A stretch of 64,000 nt of DNA, from NCBI GenBank assembly GCA_963789265.1, contig CAWBKB010000004.1:256001-320000 (forward strand), written 5' to 3'. Shown piece after piece: positions 18,456 through 28,785 of the stretch. Every line of letters starts with the position of its first letter. The first letter of the stretch is position 1. The DNA comes from an uncultured delta proteobacterium (lineage in GTDB: Bacteria > Desulfobacterota > Desulfomonilia > Desulfomonilales > Desulfomonilaceae). The position numbers and the translations under genes were made by a program. The notes beneath the pieces were generated by a model that made no database searches, had not been told where the DNA came from, and saw nothing but the letters and a program-made list of their open reading frames with translations.

Positions 18456-18762
18456 TCATTTTTGTCGAGAAAGGTCATGTTCACAGACTCTCTCATTGAC
18501 TAAATCGGTAAGGAACCGCTAGGTAGACTGGAATCATGGTGAGCGGAGAAGAAGTCGAAAAAGCAGACAAAAAAAGTAGCCGAACTCAGGACCCAGGCGA
18601 AGGGGGAGGAAAAGGGAGAGGATGAAGATTCTGTAAGAGGTGGCGATGCCCGTGGTTCTGGGGAACCACTCCGTTCCAACCAGGGCGGCGACTTAGGTTT
18701 TGGCCGTTGTAGAGCGGCCCGTGGCCGCTCCCGCGAACGCGGGGCGTCGGGCACGGCCCGAC

Positions 18763-18996
18763 CTACCAGTTTGTCTTATCCCGTTTGTTTCGATCCCATA
18801 TCTCCTTCTTTGGGTGGTCTCTCTTGCACTGTTCCACACACTGAGAGTAGAGGCTAGGCTTGCGGATCCGATCAAAATTGAGTTGACAGTAAGTCAGGCA
18901 CGATTGCAAACCCGAATCATCGGCCTCCGGCACCTGCGGCAGTCCACAGGCAAGCGCACCGAGCAGAAGAGAAAACAACAAAGTCTTTATTAACAT
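18763..18996 (-). CDS. Small secreted protein or lipoprotein with twin CX3C motifs
   Basis: AAGGAG SD, hydrophobic leader ending ALAC, CLTYC and CVEQC. Confidence 0.6.
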   Translation of the reverse strand: MLIKTLLFSLLLGALACGLPQVPEADDSGLQSCLTYCQLNFDRIRKPSLYSQCVEQCKRDHPKKEIWDRNKRDKTNW

Positions 18997-19290
18997 AGCC
19001 GGTCTCCTTGAAGGGCAAAATCGGGGTCCCCAGGATCTCTCCGGAGAGATCGGCCCCGGGCCCGGGATTCAATATTTCCGAGAAGACAGCATGTCCGCAT
19101 GATATGGTACCATGAGCGAATAATACTCTGATACCCATTCGCTTTCAAACAAGTGAGAATGGGCCGATAACAAACGGCACTGACCTGGGGCCATGCTGGT
19201 GCCTCTCGCGGAACGCGGGAGGCTTTGTCAGATCCGTGCTGCATTTCCTTGATTGTTCACCGTTTGATCGCGCACAGGTATGGGCCGCTC

Positions 19291-20826
19291 TCACTTGGCG
19301 AATCCTCCCGGGGTTTTCATGTATAAGATGCCATACCTTTTCTGGATTTCATTATCCAATACTTGAGCGTTCCCAAAGTCAATAGGCAACTGAAGATTTT
19401 CGGATACCTCGAGGAGAACCTTCTTTTTACCTTGCTTAATAGAAGATTGGATTGTGTTGTACATTTGCTCGATGTTCAGGATTTTTTCCCCGTTTATTTT
19501 CTTGACCCTCTTCAAATAGGGAGTTGCGTTCACCAATCCGTATTCCGGGAATACTTCCGAAATGATGACTATTTTTTCGTACGGACGTTTCGGAAACCTG
19601 TCCAGGTACTTGGCCCGAAACGTGTCGCCCGACTTCCCCAAGTTGTCAATGCAATTCAGGGAAAGTTCTACAAATCCTATGCCGTCGTAGATGAAATAAT
19701 TCGCCCGCCTAAAGAGCTTGGAAACGAGCCTCGGCAGGTCTTTTCCGACCTTTCCGGCGATCTCCAGCGGTTTTCCGTCACGAATCACCTTTACGACGAG
19801 GGGGTCTCCGACTTTCTTGCGGTTGAGGATTTCTCTAAAAGGGACTTTCTGTCCAAGAGGCTGAAAGTAGATCTCGCCAAAATTGTCAACCGCATGTCCG
19901 TCGATCTCCACTAAAATATCATGCGCCCGGAGTCCGAATTCATAAGGACCGCCGCCCGGTACTAGATAGGTTAAGAGGATTCCGCCCTGGTTCGGGCTGA
20001 GATTGTAGTAATTCTTCAACCCGGGAAACATCTGTTGGACCTGATACCGCCAAATGGGAATCTGATCCTGCTCGTGCAGAAGGGGCATCAGCGTCTTCAC
20101 AAGGTTGACGGGAATGAAGTAATTGATCCGGTCTCCAATTTGTATGCCCTGAAAGCTGATGCCAACCACCACATCATTCATCAGGACGGGCCCTCCGGAG
20201 TTGCCGCGATTTTGCTGAAGCGAAGCTTGGACCATCAGCCATTTATCCTTGGAATACGCGTACGTGTTCACCTCTATTCTACTGATTTCTCCCTGCTCCG
20301 ATTTGCTGATCCGTTCCCCGCCTAACGGGTAACCCCACCCAAGAACCTTGTCCCCCACGCGAAGCTTGTCGCTGTCGCCCAGCGCTAGAGGGACAATTTT
20401 ACCGTTACGCTGTTCATAGTCGGCCAGTTCATGAGATTCCATCTTTAGGACTGCAAAATCCGCGCTGTCACACATCCCAACGATTTTTACTTCATAGCGC
20501 CTTTTTTCGCGCCCGTTGGATACCTTAATACTTTGCGCCATGCTGACCGCGTGCGCGTTCGTGAGGATGAGCCCTTTCTCACCCGGAAAGTTCTTTTCAT
20601 CCTTGAAAAAAAACCCGCTTGCCTTGACTTGATTGAAGTCGGGGCTTTTCCACGGCTTGTGATAGTAAGATGACTTTTTCGTAGAGAACACTCGCAGCAC
20701 CTGCGTTTCGATTGACGCGATAGGTTGGGCTGCGCATAAAGCAGCAGAGGCTAAGAAGATTGGGACAAGCCAAAAAACCATCAAACGATGCTTCATACTG
20801 ACAAACTCCTCCGGCAATAGTGCCAT
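19291..20826 (-). CDS. HtrA/Deg-type serine protease with PDZ domains
   Basis: TNAHAV (His), ADFAVL (Asp), GNSGGP (Ser); signal peptide from Met 20796. Confidence 0.9.
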   Translation of the reverse strand: MALLPEEFVSMKHRLMVFWLVPIFLASAALCAAQPIASIETQVLRVFSTKKSSYYHKPWKSPDFNQVKASGFFFKDEKNFPGEKGLILTNAHAVSMAQSIKVSNGREKRRYEVKIVGMCDSADFAVLKMESHELADYEQRNGKIVPLALGDSDKLRVGDKVLGWGYPLGGERISKSEQGEISRIEVNTYAYSKDKWLMVQASLQQNRGNSGGPVLMNDVVVGISFQGIQIGDRINYFIPVNLVKTLMPLLHEQDQIPIWRYQVQQMFPGLKNYYNLSPNQGGILLTYLVPGGGPYEFGLRAHDILVEIDGHAVDNFGEIYFQPLGQKVPFREILNRKKVGDPLVVKVIRDGKPLEIAGKVGKDLPRLVSKLFRRANYFIYDGIGFVELSLNCIDNLGKSGDTFRAKYLDRFPKRPYEKIVIISEVFPEYGLVNATPYLKRVKKINGEKILNIEQMYNTIQSSIKQGKKKVLLEVSENLQLPIDFGNAQVLDNEIQKRYGILYMKTPGGFAK

Positions 20827-21106
20827 CCGGTCTTAAATTCGAGCAAATAGGAGCAAAAACACCATGTAACCCGTACCATTACCATGTGGTTTTGGCAATA
20901 CTACGTGTTTGTGCTCTGAGGGCCGGCTGAAACATTGTTCCGGATCAAGTCGCAACGGACTTTTCAGGATTGTATCTCAGTTGCACCTAACGGCCGTGCG
21001 ACATTTCTCGGTTAAGCGGTGCGGATGCTGTTAGCATCTACATTGACGCATGTCCGGTCAATGTTTACCTTATTGCCAGAGAGAAAATGTTGTGAGGTGA
21101 AAAACA

Positions 21107-21406
21107 ATGTTCATGATGTACGAAACGCTGGTTCTGGCCTTTATTGCGCTAATTACTCCTCTTTTCGGAAAACTGGCCGGCTATGAATTGCGGCGAAAGC
21201 CATTTGAACTCGTCGCGGTTTCGGGCCTGTTCTTCTTGCTCACCGTGGCCTTTGGGATTCTGCCGCTTCAGGGAACTTTCCTGACGTCGATCTGGACTTT
21301 CTTGGGCATAATTTCGTACTTCGTCGGTTGGTTTGCCTTGCTCGTCGGGGCAATATGGGAATTGATAGGCGTGCTGAGCATCCCGGAAGCAAGAGAACAT
21401 GCCTAA
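21107..21406 (+). CDS. Small membrane protein (3 TM)
   Basis: GAGGTG SD; TTGACG-17-TACCTT promoter at about 21043-21071; hydrophobic sequence. Confidence 0.7.
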   Translation: MFMMYETLVLAFIALITPLFGKLAGYELRRKPFELVAVSGLFFLLTVAFGILPLQGTFLTSIWTFLGIISYFVGWFALLVGAIWELIGVLSIPEAREHA

Positions 21407-21570
21407 CGATATCGAGTCCGCACTTGTGTGAGTTGGGCTTCCCACAAATCTTCTCGTAAATGTAAGCAACTACTCTCTTATCTGCATAAGGTGGAGAGTA
21501 GTTTTTTTCTCAGCATCCCACTACAGGAACCGTCCTTGGCGAGGTAACCGTTCACTTGGCGATGGGAAAT

Positions 21571-21657
21571 TGTCATTGCGAGGAGTGAAGCGACGAAGCA
21601 ATCTCGGTTCTAGACGCTCTCCAGAAATTAGATTGCTTCGCTTCGCTCGCAATGACA
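21571..21657. repeat. REP-like palindrome family A (GTCATTGCGAG...GCAATC / GATTGC...CTCGCAATGAC), representative copy
   Basis: Related copies at about 1-64, 10672-10744, 37508-37635, 38886-38972, 46950, 47202 and 60640-60696; all intergenic. Confidence 0.85.
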
Positions 21658-21773
21658 CCGGTTGGAACAGATCGGTGCCCCCGGATAACCGAAAGGATAC
21701 TTGGCGAGATGTCTATGTTTTGAGTTTTTCCGCGAGGCATGTTAACATCATATTACTTTATTGAAGGGGCCCT

Positions 21774-22634
21774 TTGACCCTCCGGAGAATTGATGTTAAC
21801 CGCGCAGGGCGGAACTGTGCATGCTTTTTCAGTAGTGCGAATTGGCTGATTTGGAGGCAATTGCTCATGGGTGTGGGGGTGCTTGGCAATCTATCGAATG
21901 ATAAAAAATGTCTCTGCGAGGATTTGGGGGTAATCGGCGTTTCCGAGGCTGAGCGGCTTATGTCCGCATGGCAAGCCCTCCATGTTTCCGGAAATGTTCC
22001 GGATATATTGCTGTTCCTTGCGCACCCGAAGACAGTAGCGGTGGGGCTACGAGACAGGCGCGTGCACTGGCCGAAGGACCTCCTGGTAAGCACGAAACGG
22101 CTCGAAGATGAGGGGATTGCCCTAGCCCGCTCTCTGCGTGGGGGGGGCATCACGTATCATTGGCCCGGCCAGAGAGTCTGCTATCCGGTGCTAGCTCTGC
22201 ATCCCGATGAGAGAGACGTGCCACTGTATATGCAAAAGCTCGAGCAGGTCTGCATCGAAGCATTGCGTTGTTTCGATGTGGAGGCCAAACGTCGTCGGGA
22301 AAGCCCTGCGCATGTGGGATTGTGGCTGGACGGAAGAAAACTTGTTTCTATGGGGGTTCGCGTAAGTAGCTGGGTGACGAGCTTCGGCTTTGCGTTGAAC
22401 CTCGAAGGCGATCACCGCCCAGCTAACTATATAAGACCCTGTGGCCTTGAGGGAGTGAGGCTGACTACCCTCGAAGAAGTGCATGGGAAGGCTCCACCTC
22501 GTTCATGGGTCATTGAAGCATTGACCAGAAGCTTCGTAAAGGTGTTCGGCCGGACCGTAGAACGAATTCCGGTCGGTTGTGTGAACGGGATCTGTTCCTC
22601 CGCGGAACGGACCCACGACTCCGTGACAGGATGA
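21774..22634 (+). CDS. lipB: Lipoyl(octanoyl) transferase
   Basis: RGGGITYHWPGQ, GFALN, PCGL; lies upstream of the dehydrogenase genes. The true start is probably downstream. Confidence 0.88.
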   Translation: MTLRRIDVNRAGRNCACFFSSANWLIWRQLLMGVGVLGNLSNDKKCLCEDLGVIGVSEAERLMSAWQALHVSGNVPDILLFLAHPKTVAVGLRDRRVHWPKDLLVSTKRLEDEGIALARSLRGGGITYHWPGQRVCYPVLALHPDERDVPLYMQKLEQVCIEALRCFDVEAKRRRESPAHVGLWLDGRKLVSMGVRVSSWVTSFGFALNLEGDHRPANYIRPCGLEGVRLTTLEEVHGKAPPRSWVIEALTRSFVKVFGRTVERIPVGCVNGICSSAERTHDSVTG

Positions 22635-22639
22635 GGCAC

Positions 22640-23701
22640 ATGGCAGAAAAAACCCTAATTCAGGTAATGGATCCTGCAGGTCGTGTGGATGAGTCCGCGA
22701 TCAAGGAGATTTCCGAGTCAGAAATCAACAACATGTATCGGCTCATGGTTTTCACGCGCCTGTGGAATTCTAAGGCACTGAGCCTTCAACGCCAGGGGCG
22801 GCTCGGAACACTTGCTTCTGTGCGAGGCCAAGAAGCATCTAATGTGGGCATGGGCTTGGCGCTGGGACCGAAAGACTGGTTTTGTCCTGCATTCCGTGAA
22901 TACGGCGCATTCTTTGCCAAAGGAGCGGATCCGGTGACGATGTTCCAGCACTGGGGCGGTGACGACCGGGGAGCCAAGCCGCCTGAGGACTCTAGGGTCT
23001 TGCCGGTCTGCATCACTGTGGGATCCCATCTTTGCCACGCTGCCGGGATAGCCTGGGGGGCCAAAATTCGCGGGGAACGAATTGCCGTGCTGTCCAGTTC
23101 GGGGGACGGCTCAACCTCTCAGGGAGATTTCCACGAAAGCCTGAACTTCGCGGGCGTGTTCAAGCTTCCGGTTGTATTCGCAATTCAAAACAATCATTGG
23201 GCTATATCCGTTCCCGTGGAACACCAGACCGCGACTGAAACCCTGTCTGAAAAGGCGTGCGCTTACAACATAGAGGGAGCACGGGTTGACGGTAACGACG
23301 TTTTCGCAGTGTACTTGACCTTGAAACGCATGCTGGACAAGGCGAGGTCGGATTTTCAACCATCACTGGTGGAGTTGGTCACATACAGGGTGGATGATCA
23401 TACCACTTCGGATGACGCCAGCAGATACCGCAAAGAAGAAATTCTGGCGCCGTGGCGTGAAAAAGACCCTATCGACAGGATGCGCAAATACTTGATGGCC
23501 GAGAGAGGGTGGGACGACAAAAAAGAAGAGCAATTGGTAACTGAATGCACAGACGAGATAGAGCAGGCTGTTCGCGATTTTGAAGCCTTAGAGCCGGCCC
23601 ATCCAACCCATATATTTGATTATGAGTACGCAGAAATGCCCTGGCATCTACGAGAGCAGAAAGAAGAAATGCTTGAACATCTGGGCGAGTCCAAGAGGTG
23701 A
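22640..23701 (+). CDS. pdhA: Pyruvate/2-oxoacid dehydrogenase E1 alpha
   Basis: LQRQGRLG, GQEA, TPP motif GDGSTSQGDFHESLN...NNHWAIS, HTTSDD. Confidence 0.9.
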   Translation: MAEKTLIQVMDPAGRVDESAIKEISESEINNMYRLMVFTRLWNSKALSLQRQGRLGTLASVRGQEASNVGMGLALGPKDWFCPAFREYGAFFAKGADPVTMFQHWGGDDRGAKPPEDSRVLPVCITVGSHLCHAAGIAWGAKIRGERIAVLSSSGDGSTSQGDFHESLNFAGVFKLPVVFAIQNNHWAISVPVEHQTATETLSEKACAYNIEGARVDGNDVFAVYLTLKRMLDKARSDFQPSLVELVTYRVDDHTTSDDASRYRKEEILAPWREKDPIDRMRKYLMAERGWDDKKEEQLVTECTDEIEQAVRDFEALEPAHPTHIFDYEYAEMPWHLREQKEEMLEHLGESKR

Positions 23702-23704
23702 ATC

Positions 23705-24686
23705 ATGGCGCGTTTATCAATGGTTGAAGCCATCAACCGCACGTTGCACGAGCTTATGCAAAAGGACGAGAGAATTGTCGTGATGGGCGAGGACGTGGCG
23801 GTGGATGGGGGCGTTTTCAGAGCCACAGTAGGGCTCCTTGACAAGTTCGGCTCTGCGCGGGTTATCGACACACCCCTGGCAGAGAGCAGCATAGTCGGCA
23901 CGGCAATAGGAATGGCAATTTATGGGATGCGCCCAGTTGCCGAGATCCAATTTGAGGGATTCATGTTCAAGGGCTACGACCAGGTTTACAGCCATGCCGC
24001 CAGAATGCGCAAACGCTCTCAAGGGCTTTACGAGGTCCCGCTGGTCATTCGAGCCCCTTATGGCGCGGGGGTCAGGGCACTTGAGCATCACTCCGACGCT
24101 CCGGAGGTTTCTTTTTGCGCATCTTCCCGGTATGAAAGTGGTCATACCATCCACGCCGTCGGACGCCAAAGGACTTCTGACTTCTGCCATTGAAGATCCG
24201 GACCCGGTCATCTTTCTTGAGCCCAAACGCCTTTACCGGCTCTTCAAAGAAGAAGTTCCCGACGGGGATCATCGTGTTCCGATCGGAGACGCTCGAATAG
24301 TTCGGGAAGGTAAAGACATATCTGTCATCACGTATGGCGGGATGGTGTCGGTCTGTGAAAGGGCAGCTCAACATGTAGAAAAGGAAGGAGTTGACGCGGA
24401 AGTGGTCGATCTGCGGACGGTCTGGCCGTTTGACATCGATGCGATTACGTCTTCAGTGAAGAAAACCGGCCGCCTGGTTATCGTCCATGAGGCTCCGCGC
24501 TCGTTTGGGGTTGGGGCGGAAATATCCGCGGAGGTGGGAGAGCGCTGTCTGCTTTCCCTGTTGGCGCCGATAAAACGTGTCACCGGATACGATGTAATAC
24601 CACCATTGTCCAAGCTTGAAGAGTATAACTATCCTGACTCCGAACGAGTTGTAAGGGCCATCCACGACACCATGGAATTTGAGTAA
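23705..24686 (+). CDS. pdhB: E1 beta subunit with an apparent extra base near 24110
   Basis: GEDV..GGVFRAT, DTPLAES and EIQF in one frame; DPVIFLEPK and KTGRLVIVHEA in the next. Confidence 0.85.
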
Positions 24687-24714
24687 TTATTACGGTTCAG
24701 GGAGGATCTTGCTC

Positions 24715-26023
24715 ATGAGAGAAGTATTCAGGCTTCCCGACGTAGGGGAGGGAATTGCTGAAGCGGAAATCGTCGAGTACCTGGTTAAGGTCGGCGACAA
24801 TGTCAAGGCAGATCAGCCTGTTGTTCGCATAGAAACGGATAAGGCAGTGGTGGAACTCCCCGCTCCTGTGACAGGGAAGGTGGTGGAAATCCCCAACGAG
24901 CCGGGGAGCACCATTCGGGTGGGAGATCCGTTGCTGATAATCGAGACCGAAGCTGAAGCCAAGAAAGGGAAAGCCGAAGCCGGGGAGCGCCCTAAGCCTG
25001 CCCCCAAGGAGGAAAAGGAGGAAGCTGAACGGAAGCCGGAGCCCAAGCGGGAAAAGGCCAAGGCTGAGGAGCGGGAGGAGGAGCCGCCGAAAGAGGCACC
25101 TGAAGCCCCAAGGGTCCTGGCGACCCCGCACACTCGGCGCCTTGCACGGGAACTTAAAGTCGATATAAGCACCGTGAAAGGTTCAGGCTCGCACCGACGC
25201 ATAACAGACGATGATGTGCGAAAGGCCGCTGAAAAGGCCCCATCTCCACGGCCCAAGGGACCCACCGCCGCGGCAATTCAGGCTCCTGCAACCGCGGGGT
25301 TTGATTTCGAAAAGTACGGTCCCACCAGACGTGTCCCGCTAAAAGGCGTGCGCAAGCGTATTGCTGAAGTCATGGTGCGGTCCGTATCGACTGTTCCGCA
25401 TGTTACGCATTTTGATGAAGCCGACGTGACCGAACTCCTCGAGGTGGTGGACCACGAGCGGACCCTGGCCGAACGCCGCGGCATCAAGCTTACGATCCTT
25501 TCCTTTTTGGCCAAGGCGTGCACCGCAGCGCTAAAGGAGCACCCGGCGGTCAATTGTTCGCTCGATGAGGAGACGGGTGAGTTAGTTTACAAGGACTACT
25601 ATCATATTGGTTTTGCCACGGATACCGAAGCGGGTCTGATGGTCCCGGTGGTGCGCGACGTGGACAAGAAGTCGATCCTGCAAATTGCTGAAGATTTACA
25701 AGAATTGAGCCGAAATGCACGAGACAGAACCATAGATTTGGAGAGTTTGCGGGGAGGTGACTTTCACTATCACCAATGTCGGCGCCATCGGCGGTAACTG
25801 GGCAACGCCAATCATACTGCACCCGCAGGTCGCGATATTGTGCTCACTGCGAGCCGCGCCCAAGCCTGTGGTACGTGACGGGCAAGTGGTGATCCGTACC
25901 ATGATGCCACTGACGCTTTCATTCGATCATCGCGTCCTGGATGGGGCTACTGCCGGTCGCTTTGTCAATTTTGTCATCGACCTGCTGGAAGATCCCCTGC
26001 GCATGCTGGTGGACGTAGCTTGA
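24715..26023 (+). CDS. pdhC: E2 dihydrolipoamide acyltransferase with an apparent extra base near 25759
   Basis: Lipoyl domain ETDKA, subunit-binding domain ATPHTRRLARE, catalytic DHRVLDG in ORF 25757-26023. Confidence 0.85.
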
Positions 26024-26086
26024 TGGTATCATGAGTGAAACTTGAGCTTTCAGACGGAATTGTTACATTTTTGAGGAGGAACTATC

Positions 26087-27505
26087 ATGGTCGTAGGTGA
26101 TTTCGCCCAGGGCACACAGGTTGCCGTGATCGGCAGCGGTGTGGGAGGATATGTTGCGGCTATTCGGGCCGCCCAGTTGGGCCTGGAGGTCACTCTGGTC
26201 GAAAAGGGAATCCTGGGTGGGGTTTGCCTCAATGTGGGCTGCATTCCTTCCAAAGCGTTGATATATGTGGCCGATCTGAAGGATCGCATCGAACATGCCG
26301 ATAAGATCGGCTTGATCACCACTACAGTCAAGGTGGACATTCCAAAGCTGGTGCAATGGAAGGATCAAGTCGTCAAGAAACTCCGCAAGGGGGTAGAGAC
26401 CCTTCTCTCCCACCATAAAGTCGAAGTAGTCGCAGGCACGGCGCATCTCACAGGAGATCGGTCTTTCACAGTGGAAGGGCCTGACGGTGTGCACCGCTTC
26501 GAGTTCCAACATGCCATTCTGGCCACAGGCTCATCGCCCGCGCAGCTTCCCGGCATCCCTTATGACGGCAAGATCGTCATTGATTCAACGGATGCCCTGA
26601 AGCCGCAGAATATACCTGGTCGGCTCATCGTGGTTGGGGCCGGCTCAGTAGGGCTGGAAATGGGAATGCTGTATGCGAAGTTGGGCAGTGAAGTAACGAT
26701 GCTGGATAGTGCCGACAAGCTGCTTCCCACACTGGATCCCCAAATTGCCAGGGTCATCGAGCGGGCGCTCAATAGGCTCAATGTGAAGCTGATATTGGGA
26801 GCGAAGGTGAAGGAGTTGAAGAAAGTAGATTCCGGCGCTGAATTGCACTACATCACCCCAAAAGGGGAAGAATCCTCGGAGGCGGATCAGATCCTCGTTG
26901 GAATCGGCCGACGCCCCAACACAAGCGACCTGGGAATAGAGAAAGCGGGAATTAAGCTTGATTCAAGAGGATTCGTCGTAGTAAACGAGCGCATGGAGAC
27001 GTCAGTCCCCGGTATATTCGCAATCGGGGACATGGTAGCCGGACAAATGTTGGCCCACAAAGCCATGTACCAGGGAAAGGTGGCGGCGGAGGTAATAGCC
27101 GGGCAGCCCGCGGCATTTGAAGGAGTGGAGGTACCTGGAGTAATCTTCAGCGACCCGGAGATTGCCACCGTAGGCTTGACGGAACAGGAAGCCGAGGCCA
27201 GGAATATCAAGGTAAAGACAGGAGTCTTCCCTTTTAGGGCATCCGGCAGAGCGATGACGATGGGGGAAGAAAGCTACGGGTTCAGCAAAGTAGTGTCCGA
27301 TGCGGAAACCGGCACAGTGCTGGGGGTACATATTGTAGGTCCGCATGCCTCGGATCTCATCTCGGAGGGGTGCCTGGCGGTCGCGTCCGTGTCCCACGTG
27401 GACGATCTAACACTGACTATTCATCCTCACCCTACGCTCCCCGAAAGCATAGAAGAAGCCGCAGAGCAAGTAGAACACCGGGCGATCCACATCTTTAACC
27501 CATAG
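26087..27505 (+). CDS. lpdA: Dihydrolipoamide dehydrogenase E3
   Basis: GSGVGG, GGVCLNVGCIPSK, HPHPTLPE. Confidence 0.95.
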   Translation: MVVGDFAQGTQVAVIGSGVGGYVAAIRAAQLGLEVTLVEKGILGGVCLNVGCIPSKALIYVADLKDRIEHADKIGLITTTVKVDIPKLVQWKDQVVKKLRKGVETLLSHHKVEVVAGTAHLTGDRSFTVEGPDGVHRFEFQHAILATGSSPAQLPGIPYDGKIVIDSTDALKPQNIPGRLIVVGAGSVGLEMGMLYAKLGSEVTMLDSADKLLPTLDPQIARVIERALNRLNVKLILGAKVKELKKVDSGAELHYITPKGEESSEADQILVGIGRRPNTSDLGIEKAGIKLDSRGFVVVNERMETSVPGIFAIGDMVAGQMLAHKAMYQGKVAAEVIAGQPAAFEGVEVPGVIFSDPEIATVGLTEQEAEARNIKVKTGVFPFRASGRAMTMGEESYGFSKVVSDAETGTVLGVHIVGPHASDLISEGCLAVASVSHVDDLTLTIHPHPTLPESIEEAAEQVEHRAIHIFNP

Positions 27506-27537
27506 GGGAAGGGGTGGCATGGCAGGAGGAAAGTTTC

Positions 27538-28197
27538 ATGAAAAAGTCAGTCTGTGTGCCCATCACACTAGTCCTTTTCTTGTGTTGCGCCGCCTCGGTT
27601 CGGGTTTATGGGGCCGCATTGGACGAAGAGCTCTTGGACGCGGTGAGGGCTGGGGATGCCAATAAAGTCGAGGAACTCCTGTCAAAGGGAGCCAATGTGA
27701 ACGTCAAGGACGAGGACGGCTTCACACCGTTAATGGAGGCTTCGGTTGAAGGGAACACGGAGGTCGTCAAACTGCTCCTCGCAAAAGGGGCGGATGTCAA
27801 TGCCAAGAATGAAGACGGCGACACGGCTCTTATTGCAGCCGCTTTCGCGGGACACACTCAGCTTATGAAGGTGTTGCTGGACAAAGGGGCGGATGTCAAT
27901 GCAACCAACAAAGACGGCGTGTCGGCCCTGTTCGGTGCAGCTTTCGAAGGGCGGCCCGAGGTTGTGAAACTTCTGTTGGACAAGGGAGCGGATGTCAATG
28001 CTCAGGAGAGTAGGAACGGCGCTACACCCTTGATCGTAGCGGCTTTCGAAGGACATAGAGAGGTGATCGAACAACTTCTTGCTAAAGGCGCGAATGTCAA
28101 CGCAAAGGACAATGATGGAAACACCTCTTTGAGTATGGCCACGACCAGAAGCAATACAGCCATTGCGGAATTGTTGAAAGCTCGTGGAGCCAAGTGA
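27538..28197 (+). CDS. Secreted ankyrin-repeat protein
   Basis: Signal peptide, then tandem GxT(P/A)L..A...G...VVKLLL.KGADVNA repeats. Confidence 0.9.
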   Translation: MKKSVCVPITLVLFLCCAASVRVYGAALDEELLDAVRAGDANKVEELLSKGANVNVKDEDGFTPLMEASVEGNTEVVKLLLAKGADVNAKNEDGDTALIAAAFAGHTQLMKVLLDKGADVNATNKDGVSALFGAAFEGRPEVVKLLLDKGADVNAQESRNGATPLIVAAFEGHREVIEQLLAKGANVNAKDNDGNTSLSMATTRSNTAIAELLKARGAK

Positions 28198-28410
28198 AGC
28201 CGACATAAACGATTATCGTGGAGAGCACAGGTACTCTAAATTCGGTCTAGTATTCTCGTACCATTGCCGTCATTCCCCAGTACGCGGTTCCTCGCAACGT
28301 GGGACGGTTCTGGTCCCCGGATCGGTGTCCGGGGTGACGGCGTCAGATAAGATTGCAAGCACGCGCAACATCGCCCGAAATAGGACACAGTATTTAGGAA
28401 ATCGGGTATA

Positions 28411-28566
28411 AGTACTTTGATTAATAAGTTCGGTCGCGCATTTTGATTGTGGGGATTGCTTTTTCGCGGGCCGCGGTACTTCCTACATGCCATGAGCAAC
28501 CTAACAGAGCAATATCCCATTCGGCGCCATGTTCCTAACAGCACCGAACTTGTTGATCAGAGTACT
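28411..28566. mobile_element. MITE-like element (156 bp)
   Basis: TIRs AGTACTTTGATTAATAAGTTCGGT and ACCGAACTTGTTGATCAGAGTACT, 21/24 match. Confidence 0.6.
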
Positions 28567-28691
28567 GGGTCTTTACATCACGTAAATAAATTTGACACTC
28601 CCCTAGTCTGAACAGGACACCGAGCGTATGCCCGCAAGGGCTTTTGACGCTTCCGGTCGAGTTGGTTCTTATAACCATGCATCCCACAAGT

Positions 28692-28707
28692 TGGCACGCG
28701 GTTTGCT
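28692..28707 (+). promoter_or_regulatory. sigma54 (-24/-12) promoter upstream of phoU
   Basis: TGGCACG-CGGT-TTGCT matches TGGCACG-N4-TTGCW exactly. Confidence 0.75.
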
Positions 28708-28785
28708 TGACTTGAGCAATGCCGCCTGATTCGAGATGACATGTCGGCCTCCGATACGTCCCGGAAGGGCCGGCGGGAGAACCAG

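Noticed and set aside
18600..18765. Amber read-through of the small CX3C protein
   Set aside because: The downstream frame shows no recognisable protein features, unlike the lpxL case.
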